Part shown: positions 9,817 to 19,584 of the stretch, piece after piece
How the letters are laid out: each line of letters starts with the position of its first letter
How positions within the stretch are numbered: the first letter of the stretch is position 1
Assembly: GCA_965223845.1 (NCBI GenBank)
Contig: CBDCXR010000004.1
Coordinates: forward strand, 6,016,001 to 6,080,000
From: Planctomycetota bacterium
Lineage (GTDB): Bacteria > Planctomycetota > UBA8108 > SXIK01
Length of the DNA: 64,000 nucleotides
Direction: 5' to 3'
Translations under genes and position numbers: made by a program
Notes under the pieces: generated by a model
The model's input: only the letters and a program-made list of their open reading frames with translations
The model's database searches: none
Told to the model about the DNA's origin: nothing

Positions 9817-10701
9817 ATGCTGGCCAACAAGTGGAACCTTCCCGATCTCGGACTCGGGGTCGGCCTTCGGACGGTGCACTTCAATCACGTCCTCGCGGAG
9901 CGTCCGGACGTCGATTGGTTCGAAATCATCTCCGAGAACTTCATGGATACCGAAGGGCGCCCGATGTGGGTGCTCGACCAAGTGGCCGAGCGGTATCCGA
10001 TCGCGATGCACGGAGTTTCGCTTTCGATCGGTAGCACGGATCCGATCGACTTCGAGTATCTGCGAAAGCTGAAGAATCTCGCCGATCGCTGTGGCGCGGT
10101 GTGGCTCGGCGACCACGTCTGCTGGACGGGCGTCGCCGGGCGGAACGGGCACGATCTCTATCCGATTCCGTACAGCGAAGAATCCCTCGCGCACATCGTC
10201 GAGAGGATTCGCATCGTTCAGGACTATCTCGAGCGCCCGCTCGTCCTCGAGAATCCGTCGACGTATCTCACCTTCGCGTCGTCGACGATGACGGAGGAGG
10301 AGTTCATTGCGCGCATGGCGGAGGACGCCGACTGCGGGCTTCTTCTCGACGTGAACAACGTCTACGTCACGTGCCGGAACCACGACCTCGATCCCTTCCC
10401 CTTCCTCGATCGGATTCCCTACGAGCGCGTCGTTCAGATTCACCTCGCGGGGCATACGGATCACGGGACGCACTGCATCGACACGCACAACGATCACGTC
10501 ATCGATCGCGTGTGGGAGTTCTACGGCTACGTTCACGCGCGTACGGGCGGCCGCGCGACGCTGCTCGAGTGGGACGCGGACATTCCCGAGTTTCCCGTCG
10601 TTCACGCCGAAGTGCTCAAGGCGCGGCGGTTCCGAGAGGAAGTCGCGGTCGGTAGGGACGCAGCGGGCGAACCCGAGAGCGAGGGCGGTAGCGGTGGCTG
10701 A
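9817..10701 (+). CDS. DUF692 family multinuclear non-heme iron-dependent oxidative enzyme (MNIO)
   Basis: Motifs GVGLRTVH, WFEIISENFM, HGVSLSIGS, LENPSTY, LLLDVNNVYV, QIHLAGH, IDTH and TLLEWD. Start placed at ATG 9817 within ORF 9742..10701. Confidence 0.95.
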   Translation: MLANKWNLPDLGLGVGLRTVHFNHVLAERPDVDWFEIISENFMDTEGRPMWVLDQVAERYPIAMHGVSLSIGSTDPIDFEYLRKLKNLADRCGAVWLGDHVCWTGVAGRNGHDLYPIPYSEESLAHIVERIRIVQDYLERPLVLENPSTYLTFASSTMTEEEFIARMAEDADCGLLLDVNNVYVTCRNHDLDPFPFLDRIPYERVVQIHLAGHTDHGTHCIDTHNDHVIDRVWEFYGYVHARTGGRATLLEWDADIPEFPVVHAEVLKARRFREEVAVGRDAAGEPESEGGSGG

Positions 10702-11614
10702 AAAGGCGAGCGAGAATCGTCGGCGGAGGGACGACGCGGCGAGCGGCCCCGGCGCGGCGGCAGGCAGCCGTCTCGACACTCTCGAGCGCTGGTGGATGGA
10801 GGTGATCACGCATCCCGACGGGGTCGACGTCGGAAGCGCGACCCCGAGCGCCCGCGCGATCTTCGATCGGTCGGTCGAAGCGGTCGTCGAGCCGTCGCAA
10901 TCGCTCAGCTCCGAGGAGCGGCTCGGAATCTACTCGAGTATGTACTTCTCGCGCCTCTTCGAAGTGCTCGAGAAGGACTTTGCGGCGACGCGCGATGTGG
11001 TCGGCGTGGACGACTTTCGCCGGCTCTCCGCGGAGTACGTCATCCGACACCCGCCGTATCACTACAGCCTGAATCGTCTCGGCGAGTCGTTCGCAAAGTT
11101 CCTCCGCGACGAAGCGGACGATTGCCCTCATCGCGCGTTCGCGGCGGAGGTCGCTTCGCTCGAGCGTGTGATCGAAGAGATCTTCGACGCGCCGGAAGCG
11201 CCGGGGCTCGACGTCGACGCTCTTCTCGCGATTTCGCCCGAAGACTGGGGCGACGCGCGCTTTCGACTGATCCCCGCGTCTCGTCTTTGCGCGTTCGAGC
11301 ATCCGGTGAACGCGTTCTTCGAGGCGCGGCGTCGCGGGAAGCTGCTGGACGTTCCGCGACCGGAGGCGTCGTGGCTGGCGGTGTTTCGCCGCGACTTTCG
11401 CACGTGGCGGCTGCCGCTCGCGGAGGATCGCTACCGTCTACTCGCGGCGATCGCGGAGGGAAAGGTCCTCGGCGAGGCGATCGAAGATTGCCTCGAGTCG
11501 ACGGGGCTCACCGAAGACGAGCTTCTGCCTCAGCTCGAGCGCTGGTTCCGCGACTGGGCGGGCGAGGGACTCTTCGCGGGTGTCGAGGTCGCGGGCGCGG
11601 GGCGGCAGGGCTGA
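10694..11614 (+). CDS. DUF2063-like MNIO partner protein
   Basis: ERLGIYSSMYFSRLFEVLEKDF...YVIRHPP..YSLNRLGESFAKFL pattern; overlaps the DUF692 stop codon. Confidence 0.88.
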   Translation: MAEKASENRRRRDDAASGPGAAAGSRLDTLERWWMEVITHPDGVDVGSATPSARAIFDRSVEAVVEPSQSLSSEERLGIYSSMYFSRLFEVLEKDFAATRDVVGVDDFRRLSAEYVIRHPPYHYSLNRLGESFAKFLRDEADDCPHRAFAAEVASLERVIEEIFDAPEAPGLDVDALLAISPEDWGDARFRLIPASRLCAFEHPVNAFFEARRRGKLLDVPRPEASWLAVFRRDFRTWRLPLAEDRYRLLAAIAEGKVLGEAIEDCLESTGLTEDELLPQLERWFRDWAGEGLFAGVEVAGAGRQG

Positions 11615-11639
11615 AGCCTCTCTGCCGGACCGGACGTCG

Positions 11640-12059
11640 TCAGCACGTCGAGTGATAGTGAATCGCGACTCGCACGCCTCGATCCTTGAGCTCGTTGTAG
11701 AGCTCGGCGGCTTCGCCACTCGGCAGCAGGTGCAGCGCGCAGCTTCGAATCGCCTTCACCCGATCGCTCGGCCGAACGACTCGATCCCACCCGAGGGCGA
11801 TGATGAGAACTTCGGGCTCGGGCTCGAGAAGCCACGCGACACTCTCATAGTCGAGCGAGTGCGTCTTCTCGACAGTGCGTACCTCTCCGTCGGCGCGGAT
11901 CTGGAGATCCGAGACGGGCCGCGGGATCCGGTCGAACGTCGTGAACGCGAAGCCGCTCCACCCGAAACGATCGGAGTCGTTCCCGAGAATCCAGATCAGA
12001 ACGACGACGAGGAAGAGCGCCGACGCGGCGAGAAGAACGCGTTTCCGCATCCGTTTCAT
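11640..12059 (-). CDS. Mth938-like (DUF498/AAMDC) domain protein with N-terminal hydrophobic anchor
   Basis: PEVLIIALG, EAAELYNEL and C-terminal HSTC are characteristic of Mth938-like proteins. Confidence 0.75.
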   Translation of the reverse strand: MKRMRKRVLLAASALFLVVVLIWILGNDSDRFGWSGFAFTTFDRIPRPVSDLQIRADGEVRTVEKTHSLDYESVAWLLEPEPEVLIIALGWDRVVRPSDRVKAIRSCALHLLPSGEAAELYNELKDRGVRVAIHYHSTC

Positions 12060-12266
12060 ACGGGCGATCCTCTGCAGGGCCTAAGCCGGCCGAACCAAGG
12101 ACGAGTCCTGGGATGACTTCTTCTGATCTTGGGGCTTCGACCGTGGAACTCAAGCTCGCAAACGACGGGCGAAACGATCCTCCGGCCGTCCGTGCCCGCG
12201 CTTGTGAACCTGAGGACAGTGCCGCTGGGACGTCCGTTGCGCCGGTGATGCACGGCGCGGCGAACC

Positions 12267-13868
12267 TCACTCGTTTCCGCCGTTTCCTTCGCCGTCTCGC
12301 GCCGGCTGGAGCGCTCGAGTGAAGAGCGATTTGCCGTCGAGATCCTTCAGCTGCACCGTCATGACTCCGGTTCGACCGTCGATGTCGAACTGCCCGAAGA
12401 ACTGTAGGCCGGCAAACGGCGAGTAGTTCGGACCCGGGGGAGCTTTTTGGAAGACGACTTTCGGCCCGAACGTGTTGTCGAGTGCATTCGGTCCGAAGCT
12501 GCCGGCGTTCAGCGGACCCGTGACGAACTCCCAAAACGGCAGAAAGTCCCGAAACTGAGCTCGAGCGGGGTCGTAGTGGTGCGCGGCCGTGTAGTGGACA
12601 TCCGCGGTCACCCAAACGACGTTCTGAATGCGGTGTTTCTTGATGAAACTCAAGATGTCGGCGATCTCGAACTCGCGGCCGAGCACGGGGCCATCGCCGT
12701 TCGCGGCGTTCTCGAAGCGCGGGCGGCCTTTCGCGTCGACACCATCGCCGGCGAGAAGCCCGATCGGCATATCCGATGCGATGACTTTCCAAGTGGAGCG
12801 CGACGCCTTCAGGTTTCGCTTCAGCCACTCGATCTGCTCGCGGCCGAGCAACGCGGTATCGGGACCTGGCTCGGGCTGACGATTGAACGTGTTCGGGCCG
12901 CGGTAGCTCCGTTTGTCGATGACGAAAACGTCGAGGTGCCGACCGAACGGCACGTGGCGGTAGACGCGTTCGAGTTCCCTCAGGTCGAACGGACGCAGCG
13001 GCGCGTAATCGAGGAAGGCCTGGGTGCCGTAACCGATCAGCGTGGGAACGTTCTTCTCCTTGTAGCGATCGTCACTCGTCAGATCTTTCGAGTCCGACCA
13101 GTTGTTCACCACCTCGTGGTCGTCCCACTGCCAGAGCTGAGGCACCTCCGCGTTGAAGCGCCTCACGTTCTCGTCGAGCATGTTGTAGCGATAGCGACCG
13201 CGAAACTCGTCGAGCGTCTCGGCGACCTTCGCAACCTCGGGAGTCACGATGTTGCGCCACGTCTCGCCATTCTCGGCTTTCTGGGTTTCCGGGATCGGAC
13301 CGTCGGCGTACACGTTGTCGCCCGAGTGAATGAAGAAATCCGGCTGAGTTCGTCGCATCGTCTCGTAGATCCGCATCCCCCCAAACTCCGGGTTGATCCC
13401 CCAGCCCTGCCCGGCGGTGTCGCCGGAGACGAGAAAGCGAATATCGCGGCGTTCCCACGGAGCAGTACGAAAGTGACCGCCGACGGGATCGCTCACCTTG
13501 CGGTCGTTCGTCAGGTCCTGAAACCTCACCCGGGCGAAGACCTCGGTGTCCGCGGGAAGATGGGCGAGGTCGATCCGGGCGGTGTAATCGGTGCTTTCGA
13601 GCGCATGCGGTCCGCGAAGCGTCTTCGCGTTCTTGAACCGTTCGTCGAAATCGAACTCGACTAGCATCCGCGACGGGCGATCGGCGCGGCTCCAGACGAT
13701 CGCTCCGGTCTGGTGGACGTCGCCGATCTGAATGCCGTGCTCGAGACGCGGAGCCGACAGCGCCCCGATTCCGGGCCGACCCACGGTCGGCACAACCGCG
13801 GAGCCGAGCACGGCGCCGCTGAGCGACTTGAGAAATGTGCGACGAGAGCGTCTGCGGTTCGTCTTCAT
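12267..13868 (-). CDS. phoD: Alkaline phosphatase D (Tat-exported)
   Basis: Tat motif SRRTFLK; SGDTAGQGWGINP, FIHSGDNVYAD, QWDDHEVVNNW and TADVHYTAAH motifs. Confidence 0.95.
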   Translation of the reverse strand: MKTNRRRSRRTFLKSLSGAVLGSAVVPTVGRPGIGALSAPRLEHGIQIGDVHQTGAIVWSRADRPSRMLVEFDFDERFKNAKTLRGPHALESTDYTARIDLAHLPADTEVFARVRFQDLTNDRKVSDPVGGHFRTAPWERRDIRFLVSGDTAGQGWGINPEFGGMRIYETMRRTQPDFFIHSGDNVYADGPIPETQKAENGETWRNIVTPEVAKVAETLDEFRGRYRYNMLDENVRRFNAEVPQLWQWDDHEVVNNWSDSKDLTSDDRYKEKNVPTLIGYGTQAFLDYAPLRPFDLRELERVYRHVPFGRHLDVFVIDKRSYRGPNTFNRQPEPGPDTALLGREQIEWLKRNLKASRSTWKVIASDMPIGLLAGDGVDAKGRPRFENAANGDGPVLGREFEIADILSFIKKHRIQNVVWVTADVHYTAAHHYDPARAQFRDFLPFWEFVTGPLNAGSFGPNALDNTFGPKVVFQKAPPGPNYSPFAGLQFFGQFDIDGRTGVMTVQLKDLDGKSLFTRALQPARDGEGNGGNE

Positions 13869-13975
13869 TGAATCCCTACCTTGAAACGCGACACAGATCG
13901 ACTCACTCCGGACGCCAACGCCTCGGAACGGGCGCGAGCTCCTCGCTCTAGGCTAGAGCCGGGTCCGAACGTCGC

Positions 13976-16900
13976 TCAGCGACACCCGAGTGCGTCCGCC
14001 GTTGGATCGAGTCCGGGCGAGAACGCGCCGGGGAGCGCCGGCGGTGTCCCGCGTGAGAACAGGAACTCGAGGAGCCGAATCGCATCCGTGACGTCGACCG
14101 CACCGCTGTCGTCGACGTCCGCCGCGTCGAGGCAGCGGATATGCGCGGGTCCGGCGAAGAGGTAGATGAGCGTGAGCAGGGCGTCGGAGATGTCCGTCAC
14201 GCCGTCCGAGTTGACGTCGCTCCGACGAAACGTCGGCGCGTTCTTGAAGGTGAGCTTGGAGGCATCGACCTCGCGGAGAAAGCGGAGTGACGGTCCGGAC
14301 CCGAAGTCGATTACGCCGCAAAGATCGCCCTTCCGAACGACGAGCTCGTGCTCGGGATCGTCGTCGACATCGACGACGTGGAATCGATCTTCACGCGCGA
14401 AGGTCCATTCGCTTACGCGCCGGTCGACCGTGAGCACGGGCGAGAATTCCGAGGCTCCGTCAACCGCCGGGCCACCGTCGAACGCGACGAGAGAGAAGCC
14501 GTTCGGGTCGTGAAAGAGAAGGAGGTCACCGTGGTCCGGGAGGAAACGTCCGACGTGGATGCGTTGTCCCCGTTCGAGCGTCCAGCGGTGGTCGAGAGGA
14601 CCGACCAACTCGCGGAGACTCCGCCCGATCGGCGCGAGCCGGCGCTCGTCGTCCCGCCACATGAGAGCGAGCAGCGCCGAGTCGGACGCGAGGACGACTA
14701 GCTCGCGACTCGGACCACCGAACGTGCCGTGAACGACCCGCTGCGGCTCGAGCAGCGACCACGGGCGTCCCGCGGGATCCCCCACGCTCTCTTCCGCCTG
14801 CCACGCGAGCACCGGGCCGCGCTCCTCCCATTCGACGACCCCGATGCGCCCAGCACCGGTAAGGAGAAGCTCGTCTTCCTCGTCGCCATCGAGATCGATC
14901 GCTTCGACGCAGTCGTCGATGCGAAACCGCCAGCTCGGACCGCCGTCGATACCGGGGATCTCTCCACCGACGGTGACTGGTACCAGTGCCGGGCTCGAGC
15001 TCGGCCCCCGAAGCTCGATGAGCGTCGAGCCACTGCGCAGGAAGCCGGTCCGCGCGCCGGTCCTGAGATCCCGACCCGGGACGAGCACGAAGCGCTCTCC
15101 GGGTCGCATCTCCTCGTCGACGCCGCGAATCGGCGAGGACCAGCCGAGGAACAGATCGGTTCGCGCGTCGGATTCGCCCGGCGAGACGAGCGAGATCCAC
15201 TGGCCGTTCGTCAACGCGAGGCGGCTCGAGCCCCCCGGGTCGAGCCGGAGCGAAAGAAGCTGGTCGGACGCGCGCAGAGGCCACCAGTCGAGCGGAGCGT
15301 TCGGCGGCTCCCCGCCGCCCTCGCCCTCGCCCTCACCCTCGCCTTCCCCTCCCTCGAGCGGCGCTTCGGGCCCGAGTCCGTCCCGCTCGGCGGTCAGTCC
15401 TCCGCGTGCGACCCAGCGCACCGCGAGGCGATCGTCGCTGTACTCGAGTACCGCCATTTCAGCGTGCCGACGAACGACGAGCGACTCTCTTCCCCGCGCG
15501 ACGATCTCGTCGACGAGACGATCGTCTCCCGCATTGAGATCCCAATCGTCCACCGTTCCCCGCTCGACGGCGCTCGGATCGAGATCGAGCGTTCCGTCTC
15601 CGCGGCTCGCGGCGAGAACGATCGCGTCGCCGCGAGCGAAGAGAAAGTCGTCGCGCCCGGTGCCGCGAAAGTCTCCGTGCGACCACACGACCTCGCGCTC
15701 CGCCGTGCACGCGATGCCGCACCCGCGAAACGCGTTCGCGCCGATGCCATCGAAGCCGTAGCGAACGAGCCAGCCCCAGTCGTCGTGGTCAGACGTCGGT
15801 TCCTCATCGATCGTGCCGTTCCCATTGAGATCGAATCGCTGTGGCTCGCCGTTCAGCTCGCCGTCGCCGTTCCAATCGAGATTGCTGCTCCAGGGTGAGT
15901 CGTCGATGTGATCGACGAGTAGATTCGCGCGGACGTGCGCGTTCGTTTCCGCACCCATCCCGATGTGCTCGAAGAGCTCGAACTCGCGCAGCGTCGAAAA
16001 CCGTCCGTCGGACAATCCGAGTCGCCTCTCGCCGTCGACTAGGTCGACGCCCCAGAACACGTAGCGGTTGTTCATCACGCTCACGTAGTTCGCCCGGTGG
16101 TCCGTGTTGTCGCGCCGGCCGCCGGGAAGCGTCCCGCCGTGCCCGAGCCCGAACGCGTGGCCGAGCTCGTGGAGAAGCATCGCACTGTAGTGGAACCGGA
16201 CGAAGGCCGGGTCGAGTCGCGGCACCGGACGGCGATACACCACCGCGGCGTGGACGCCGATGCTATCGAGCCCCGCGGCGTGAGCCTCCTCGTCGGAGAA
16301 GGAGTCGACGAACGCGGGGAGCGAGGCCGATTCCCCGCCGCCGCGTCCGAGGTTGTCGCTCTGCTCGGCGATGAGAACGTAGTAGAAGAGATTCCGGCGC
16401 GACGGACGAAAGAAGCGGGGGTCGTTGTAGACCGTGTAGAGCGACGTTTCCGTGCCGAGGCCGCACTGCGGTCGACCCGGGAACGACTCGCGGTAAGCGA
16501 TCACTTTTTCGGGATCCGGCTCGACCGCGAACGCCGACGAGTCGAAGTCCGCGGCGATCGACTCCGGGGGGATGTTCGCCGTGATGTCGACGCCGAGGTC
16601 GAAGTGGATGCGGATCTCTTCGTGCGGCCGAAGCGAACTTCCCGCCCTGGCGTGATCCTCGATGCGCCGGCGGAAGACGCGCGCGACATCGACCGCCGCT
16701 TCGTACGCGATCCTCGCGCCCGTCTCGGAGTCGCCGTCGGCGGTCTCCATCCAGTCGATCTCGACGAAGACATCCTTCCGCAGCGGATCGGCACCGTAGA
16801 GATGGAGCGGCTCGAGGAAGTGTCCGTTCCAGTAACCGTCGACTTCCCAGCCGTCGAGGAGGCCGTCGCCATCGGTGTCGGCGCGCGAGGGAGACGTGCC

Positions 16901-17065
16901 GTAGTCGTGCTCGCGCTCGTCGGGGATTCCGTCGCGATCGGTGTCCTTGAGCGCTTCCGCACCGCCCTGGGCGGAGAGCCCCCCACCGGCGAAAACGATG
17001 ATCGCCGCCCCGAGCCACTGCGCGGCCGGCGAAGGAGACAATCGACAACGAAGAAGAGCGGGCAT
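13976..17065 (-). CDS. Secreted zinc metalloprotease-like protein with Ca-binding DTDGDG motifs, a beta-rich region and a C-terminal dockerin-like module
   Basis: Signal peptide; DTDRDGIPD/DTDGDGLLDGWE; ADPLRKDVFVEIDWM; HELGHAFGLGHGG (HExxHxxGxxH) with NYVSVMNN Met-turn-like motif; FRRSDVNSDG...CLDAADVDDSG. Confidence 0.8.
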   Translation of the reverse strand: MPALLRCRLSPSPAAQWLGAAIIVFAGGGLSAQGGAEALKDTDRDGIPDEREHDYGTSPSRADTDGDGLLDGWEVDGYWNGHFLEPLHLYGADPLRKDVFVEIDWMETADGDSETGARIAYEAAVDVARVFRRRIEDHARAGSSLRPHEEIRIHFDLGVDITANIPPESIAADFDSSAFAVEPDPEKVIAYRESFPGRPQCGLGTETSLYTVYNDPRFFRPSRRNLFYYVLIAEQSDNLGRGGGESASLPAFVDSFSDEEAHAAGLDSIGVHAAVVYRRPVPRLDPAFVRFHYSAMLLHELGHAFGLGHGGTLPGGRRDNTDHRANYVSVMNNRYVFWGVDLVDGERRLGLSDGRFSTLREFELFEHIGMGAETNAHVRANLLVDHIDDSPWSSNLDWNGDGELNGEPQRFDLNGNGTIDEEPTSDHDDWGWLVRYGFDGIGANAFRGCGIACTAEREVVWSHGDFRGTGRDDFLFARGDAIVLAASRGDGTLDLDPSAVERGTVDDWDLNAGDDRLVDEIVARGRESLVVRRHAEMAVLEYSDDRLAVRWVARGGLTAERDGLGPEAPLEGGEGEGEGEGEGGGEPPNAPLDWWPLRASDQLLSLRLDPGGSSRLALTNGQWISLVSPGESDARTDLFLGWSSPIRGVDEEMRPGERFVLVPGRDLRTGARTGFLRSGSTLIELRGPSSSPALVPVTVGGEIPGIDGGPSWRFRIDDCVEAIDLDGDEEDELLLTGAGRIGVVEWEERGPVLAWQAEESVGDPAGRPWSLLEPQRVVHGTFGGPSRELVVLASDSALLALMWRDDERRLAPIGRSLRELVGPLDHRWTLERGQRIHVGRFLPDHGDLLLFHDPNGFSLVAFDGGPAVDGASEFSPVLTVDRRVSEWTFAREDRFHVVDVDDDPEHELVVRKGDLCGVIDFGSGPSLRFLREVDASKLTFKNAPTFRRSDVNSDGVTDISDALLTLIYLFAGPAHIRCLDAADVDDSGAVDVTDAIRLLEFLFSRGTPPALPGAFSPGLDPTADALGCR
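15308..15356. repeat. In-frame hexanucleotide repeat encoding a (GE)n linker
   Basis: ccctcg/ccctca units; translates as EGGEGEGEGEGEGGGE in the minus-strand CDS. Confidence 0.7.
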
Positions 17066-17334
17066 AGAGACACCCGAGTCCGCTCGTTCGCGCGGAGCCG
17101 CGTGAACGAGACGAAATGCCTGGCTCGAGAAACACGTGACATCCAGCGCTCAAACCGCTTCGCGCAGGCGCGCTCTCGACCGGGGAGAGCCGAGGTGCTT
17201 CTGCCGAAGGCCTCGTCGTCGCGCTGGAGTAAACTCTGTCGCTCCGGAGCGCGGCCTTGGCCGCGTCCGCGGGCCGGGTCACCGCCCATCTCCTCCCGAC
17301 CTCGAACCGACAGAATCTCGATGGTACATCTCGC

Positions 17335-18027
17335 GTGAAACCCTTACAAGTCCACGAGGAGCTCCCCGGGCTCGTCCTCGCCTCCGCTTCGCCCCGTCGG
17401 CGCGAGCTTCTCGCGCGGCTCGATGTCTCCTTCGCTGTCGAGTCGTCCGCCATCGACGAGTCCGCGTTCGCGCAGGACTCGCCGCAGGCCTTGGTCGTTC
17501 GACTCGCCGAAGCGAAAGCACGCGCCGTCTTCGACCGGTTCTCGAGACGTAGCGGTCTCGCGCCCGCCGTGTTCGGCGCCGATACGATCGTCGCTCAGCT
17601 GGACGGCGAGCTCCTCGGAAAGCCCCGCGACGACGACGACGCGCGGCGCATGCTCACCGCGCTGAGCGGGCGCTCGCATCGCGTTCTCACCGGCATCGCA
17701 CTCGTCTCGCCCGGCGGCGCCGCGGACCCGACGGTCGTTTGCGACGTCGAAGTGACGACCGTCGAGTTCCGCCGGCTGTCGCGCGAGGAGATCGATGGCT
17801 ACGTCCGCTCGGGCGAACCGCTCGATAAGGCGGGCGCCTACGGGATCCAGGGCCGCGGCGGCGAGTTCGTGGCGAGTCTCGACGGGTGCTACTACAACGT
17901 GATCGGCCTCCCGCTCGAGAGGACGCGAGGTCTCCTCTCGCCCTGGATCGGACCGCAGGCGACAGGATGCGACTGCGGATCGCATCCGCTCCAGCGCGGA
18001 TTACCAGAATGTGAACGCGGCGCGTAG
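17335..18027 (+). CDS. maf: Maf family nucleoside triphosphate pyrophosphatase
   Basis: LVLASASPRRRELL, GADTIV, LGKP, GEPLDKAGAYGIQG and GCYYNVIGLP. Start (GTG 17335) is uncertain. Confidence 0.93.
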   Translation: MKPLQVHEELPGLVLASASPRRRELLARLDVSFAVESSAIDESAFAQDSPQALVVRLAEAKARAVFDRFSRRSGLAPAVFGADTIVAQLDGELLGKPRDDDDARRMLTALSGRSHRVLTGIALVSPGGAADPTVVCDVEVTTVEFRRLSREEIDGYVRSGEPLDKAGAYGIQGRGGEFVASLDGCYYNVIGLPLERTRGLLSPWIGPQATGCDCGSHPLQRGLPECERGA

Positions 18028-18305
18028 GCGGCGTGATGGCGCCGGCGTTCAAACGCCCGCCTTGTCGGGAGTCCTCTCCCTGCGAACTGCGCTCTCGGTC
18101 GACGCGCCGACTCGGAAGCGGCGACCGCATCTCCCGGGTGAAGGTTCTCTTGCAATCCCCGAACGAGTCCGCCTAATAGGGGGCGCCTTCTGAGGCGCCG
18201 CGCGTAGGCGTGATCGCAAACGCCTCGTGGTGACTCACCCGGCGCATCGGGCCGCGACACCGCCCGGTCGCGAGTGGGACGCGCACTCACTCTCGGACAG
18301 AACTC

Positions 18306-18959
18306 ATGGTGCCCGTCACGGCCGACCGCTCCAGCCCCTCCCGTCCGCTCCGCGCCGGACCGCTTCCGTTCGCGGTGGCCGGCGCTCTCCTCGCCGCTCT
18401 TTGGGTCGTCTTCTCGGGCAAGTTCGACCCGCTCCACCTCGCCTACGGAGTGCTCTCGGTCGCCGTCGTTCTCTGGCTCAACCGCCACCTCGTTCGAGCA
18501 CCGTGCTCCGAAGGACGAACGAAACTGCTCACGCGCGTCCATTGGCCGCGGGCGATCGTATTTCCGCTCTGGCTACTCAAAGAGATCGCGCTCGCGAACG
18601 TTCAGGTTGCGCGCACGATCGTGCGGCCGAACCTCGACCTCGATCCGGTGATCCTCCGCTTTCGTTATCCGGTCGATTGTCGCGTGACGAAGGCCGTGCT
18701 CGGGAATTCGATCACGCTCACGCCGGGGACGTTCACCGTTCGTGTGCGTGGCGACTGGTTCGTCGTTCACGCGCTGGATCTGAGGCTCGCGGGGTCGATT
18801 CTCGACGGCACTATGCCCCGCCGGGTCGCCGCGATGTTCGGAATTGCCATCGAGAAGCCGGACGTCGAGATTCGTCGCTCGTTCGCGCCGGAGGACGGAG
18901 ACATTCGACCGGGCGATGAATTCGTCGCCAGCGACTTCGGTCGCGGGGGGTCGCGATGA
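18306..18959 (+). CDS. mrpE: Mrp/Mnh Na+/H+ antiporter subunit E
   Basis: WLLKEIALANVQVA, NSITLTPGTFTV and VHAL motifs. Confidence 0.92.
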   Translation: MVPVTADRSSPSRPLRAGPLPFAVAGALLAALWVVFSGKFDPLHLAYGVLSVAVVLWLNRHLVRAPCSEGRTKLLTRVHWPRAIVFPLWLLKEIALANVQVARTIVRPNLDLDPVILRFRYPVDCRVTKAVLGNSITLTPGTFTVRVRGDWFVVHALDLRLAGSILDGTMPRRVAAMFGIAIEKPDVEIRRSFAPEDGDIRPGDEFVASDFGRGGSR

Positions 18960-19225
18960 CGGTGCTCGACGTCGTGACGTTTGCCGTAGCGGTTGCGCTT
19001 CTCCTTCCGTTCTACCGAGTGCTTCGAGGACCGACGGTCTACGACCGGATGCTCGGCGTCGGCGTCATCGGAACGAAGACGGTGATCCTCATCTGCTTCG
19101 TAGGTTTCCTCTACGAGCGAATCGAACTCTTTGTCGACATCGCACTCGCCTACGCGCTCCTCAATTACGCCGGGGCGGTCGTCGTCGCCAAGTATCTCGA
19201 TCGAACGGGAGGTGCGGCGCGGTGA
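18956..19225 (+). CDS. mrpF: Mrp/Mnh antiporter subunit F
   Basis: RVLRGPTVYDR, DIALAYALLN; 89 aa with 3 TM segments; ATGA overlap with mrpE. Confidence 0.92.
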   Translation: MTVLDVVTFAVAVALLLPFYRVLRGPTVYDRMLGVGVIGTKTVILICFVGFLYERIELFVDIALAYALLNYAGAVVVAKYLDRTGGAAR

Positions 19226-19584
19226 TCACGGCGTGGGTGAGCGACGCGTTTCTCATCGCGGGAACGATGTTTCTTCTCCTCGGAAGCATCGGACTCATCC
19301 GTCTGCCGGATTTCTACACTCGCGCTCACGCGGCGACGAAGCCCGACACGCTCGGTCTCATTCTCGTCTTGCTCGGTCTCGCCGTTCGGCAGGGCGCGGA
19401 TCTCAACAGCGCGAAGTTGATCCTCGTCACGTTCATCGTTGCGATCGCGAACCCGGCCGCGGCGCACGCACTCGGCCGCTCGGCCCTGCGTGCGCGACTC
19501 GAGCCAGGGATCTCCGACGAGCGAGCGGAACAGGTAGACGCCGGCGACGCCGAGGCCGAGCGGAGCGAGAGGGAACCATCTTGA
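19222..19584 (+). CDS. mrpG: Mrp/Mnh antiporter subunit G
   Basis: GLIRLPDFYTRAHAATKPDTLG and NPAAAHALGRSA; GTG start overlaps the mrpF stop (3' part of ORF 18844..19584). Confidence 0.92.
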   Translation: MITAWVSDAFLIAGTMFLLLGSIGLIRLPDFYTRAHAATKPDTLGLILVLLGLAVRQGADLNSAKLILVTFIVAIANPAAAHALGRSALRARLEPGISDERAEQVDAGDAEAERSEREPS

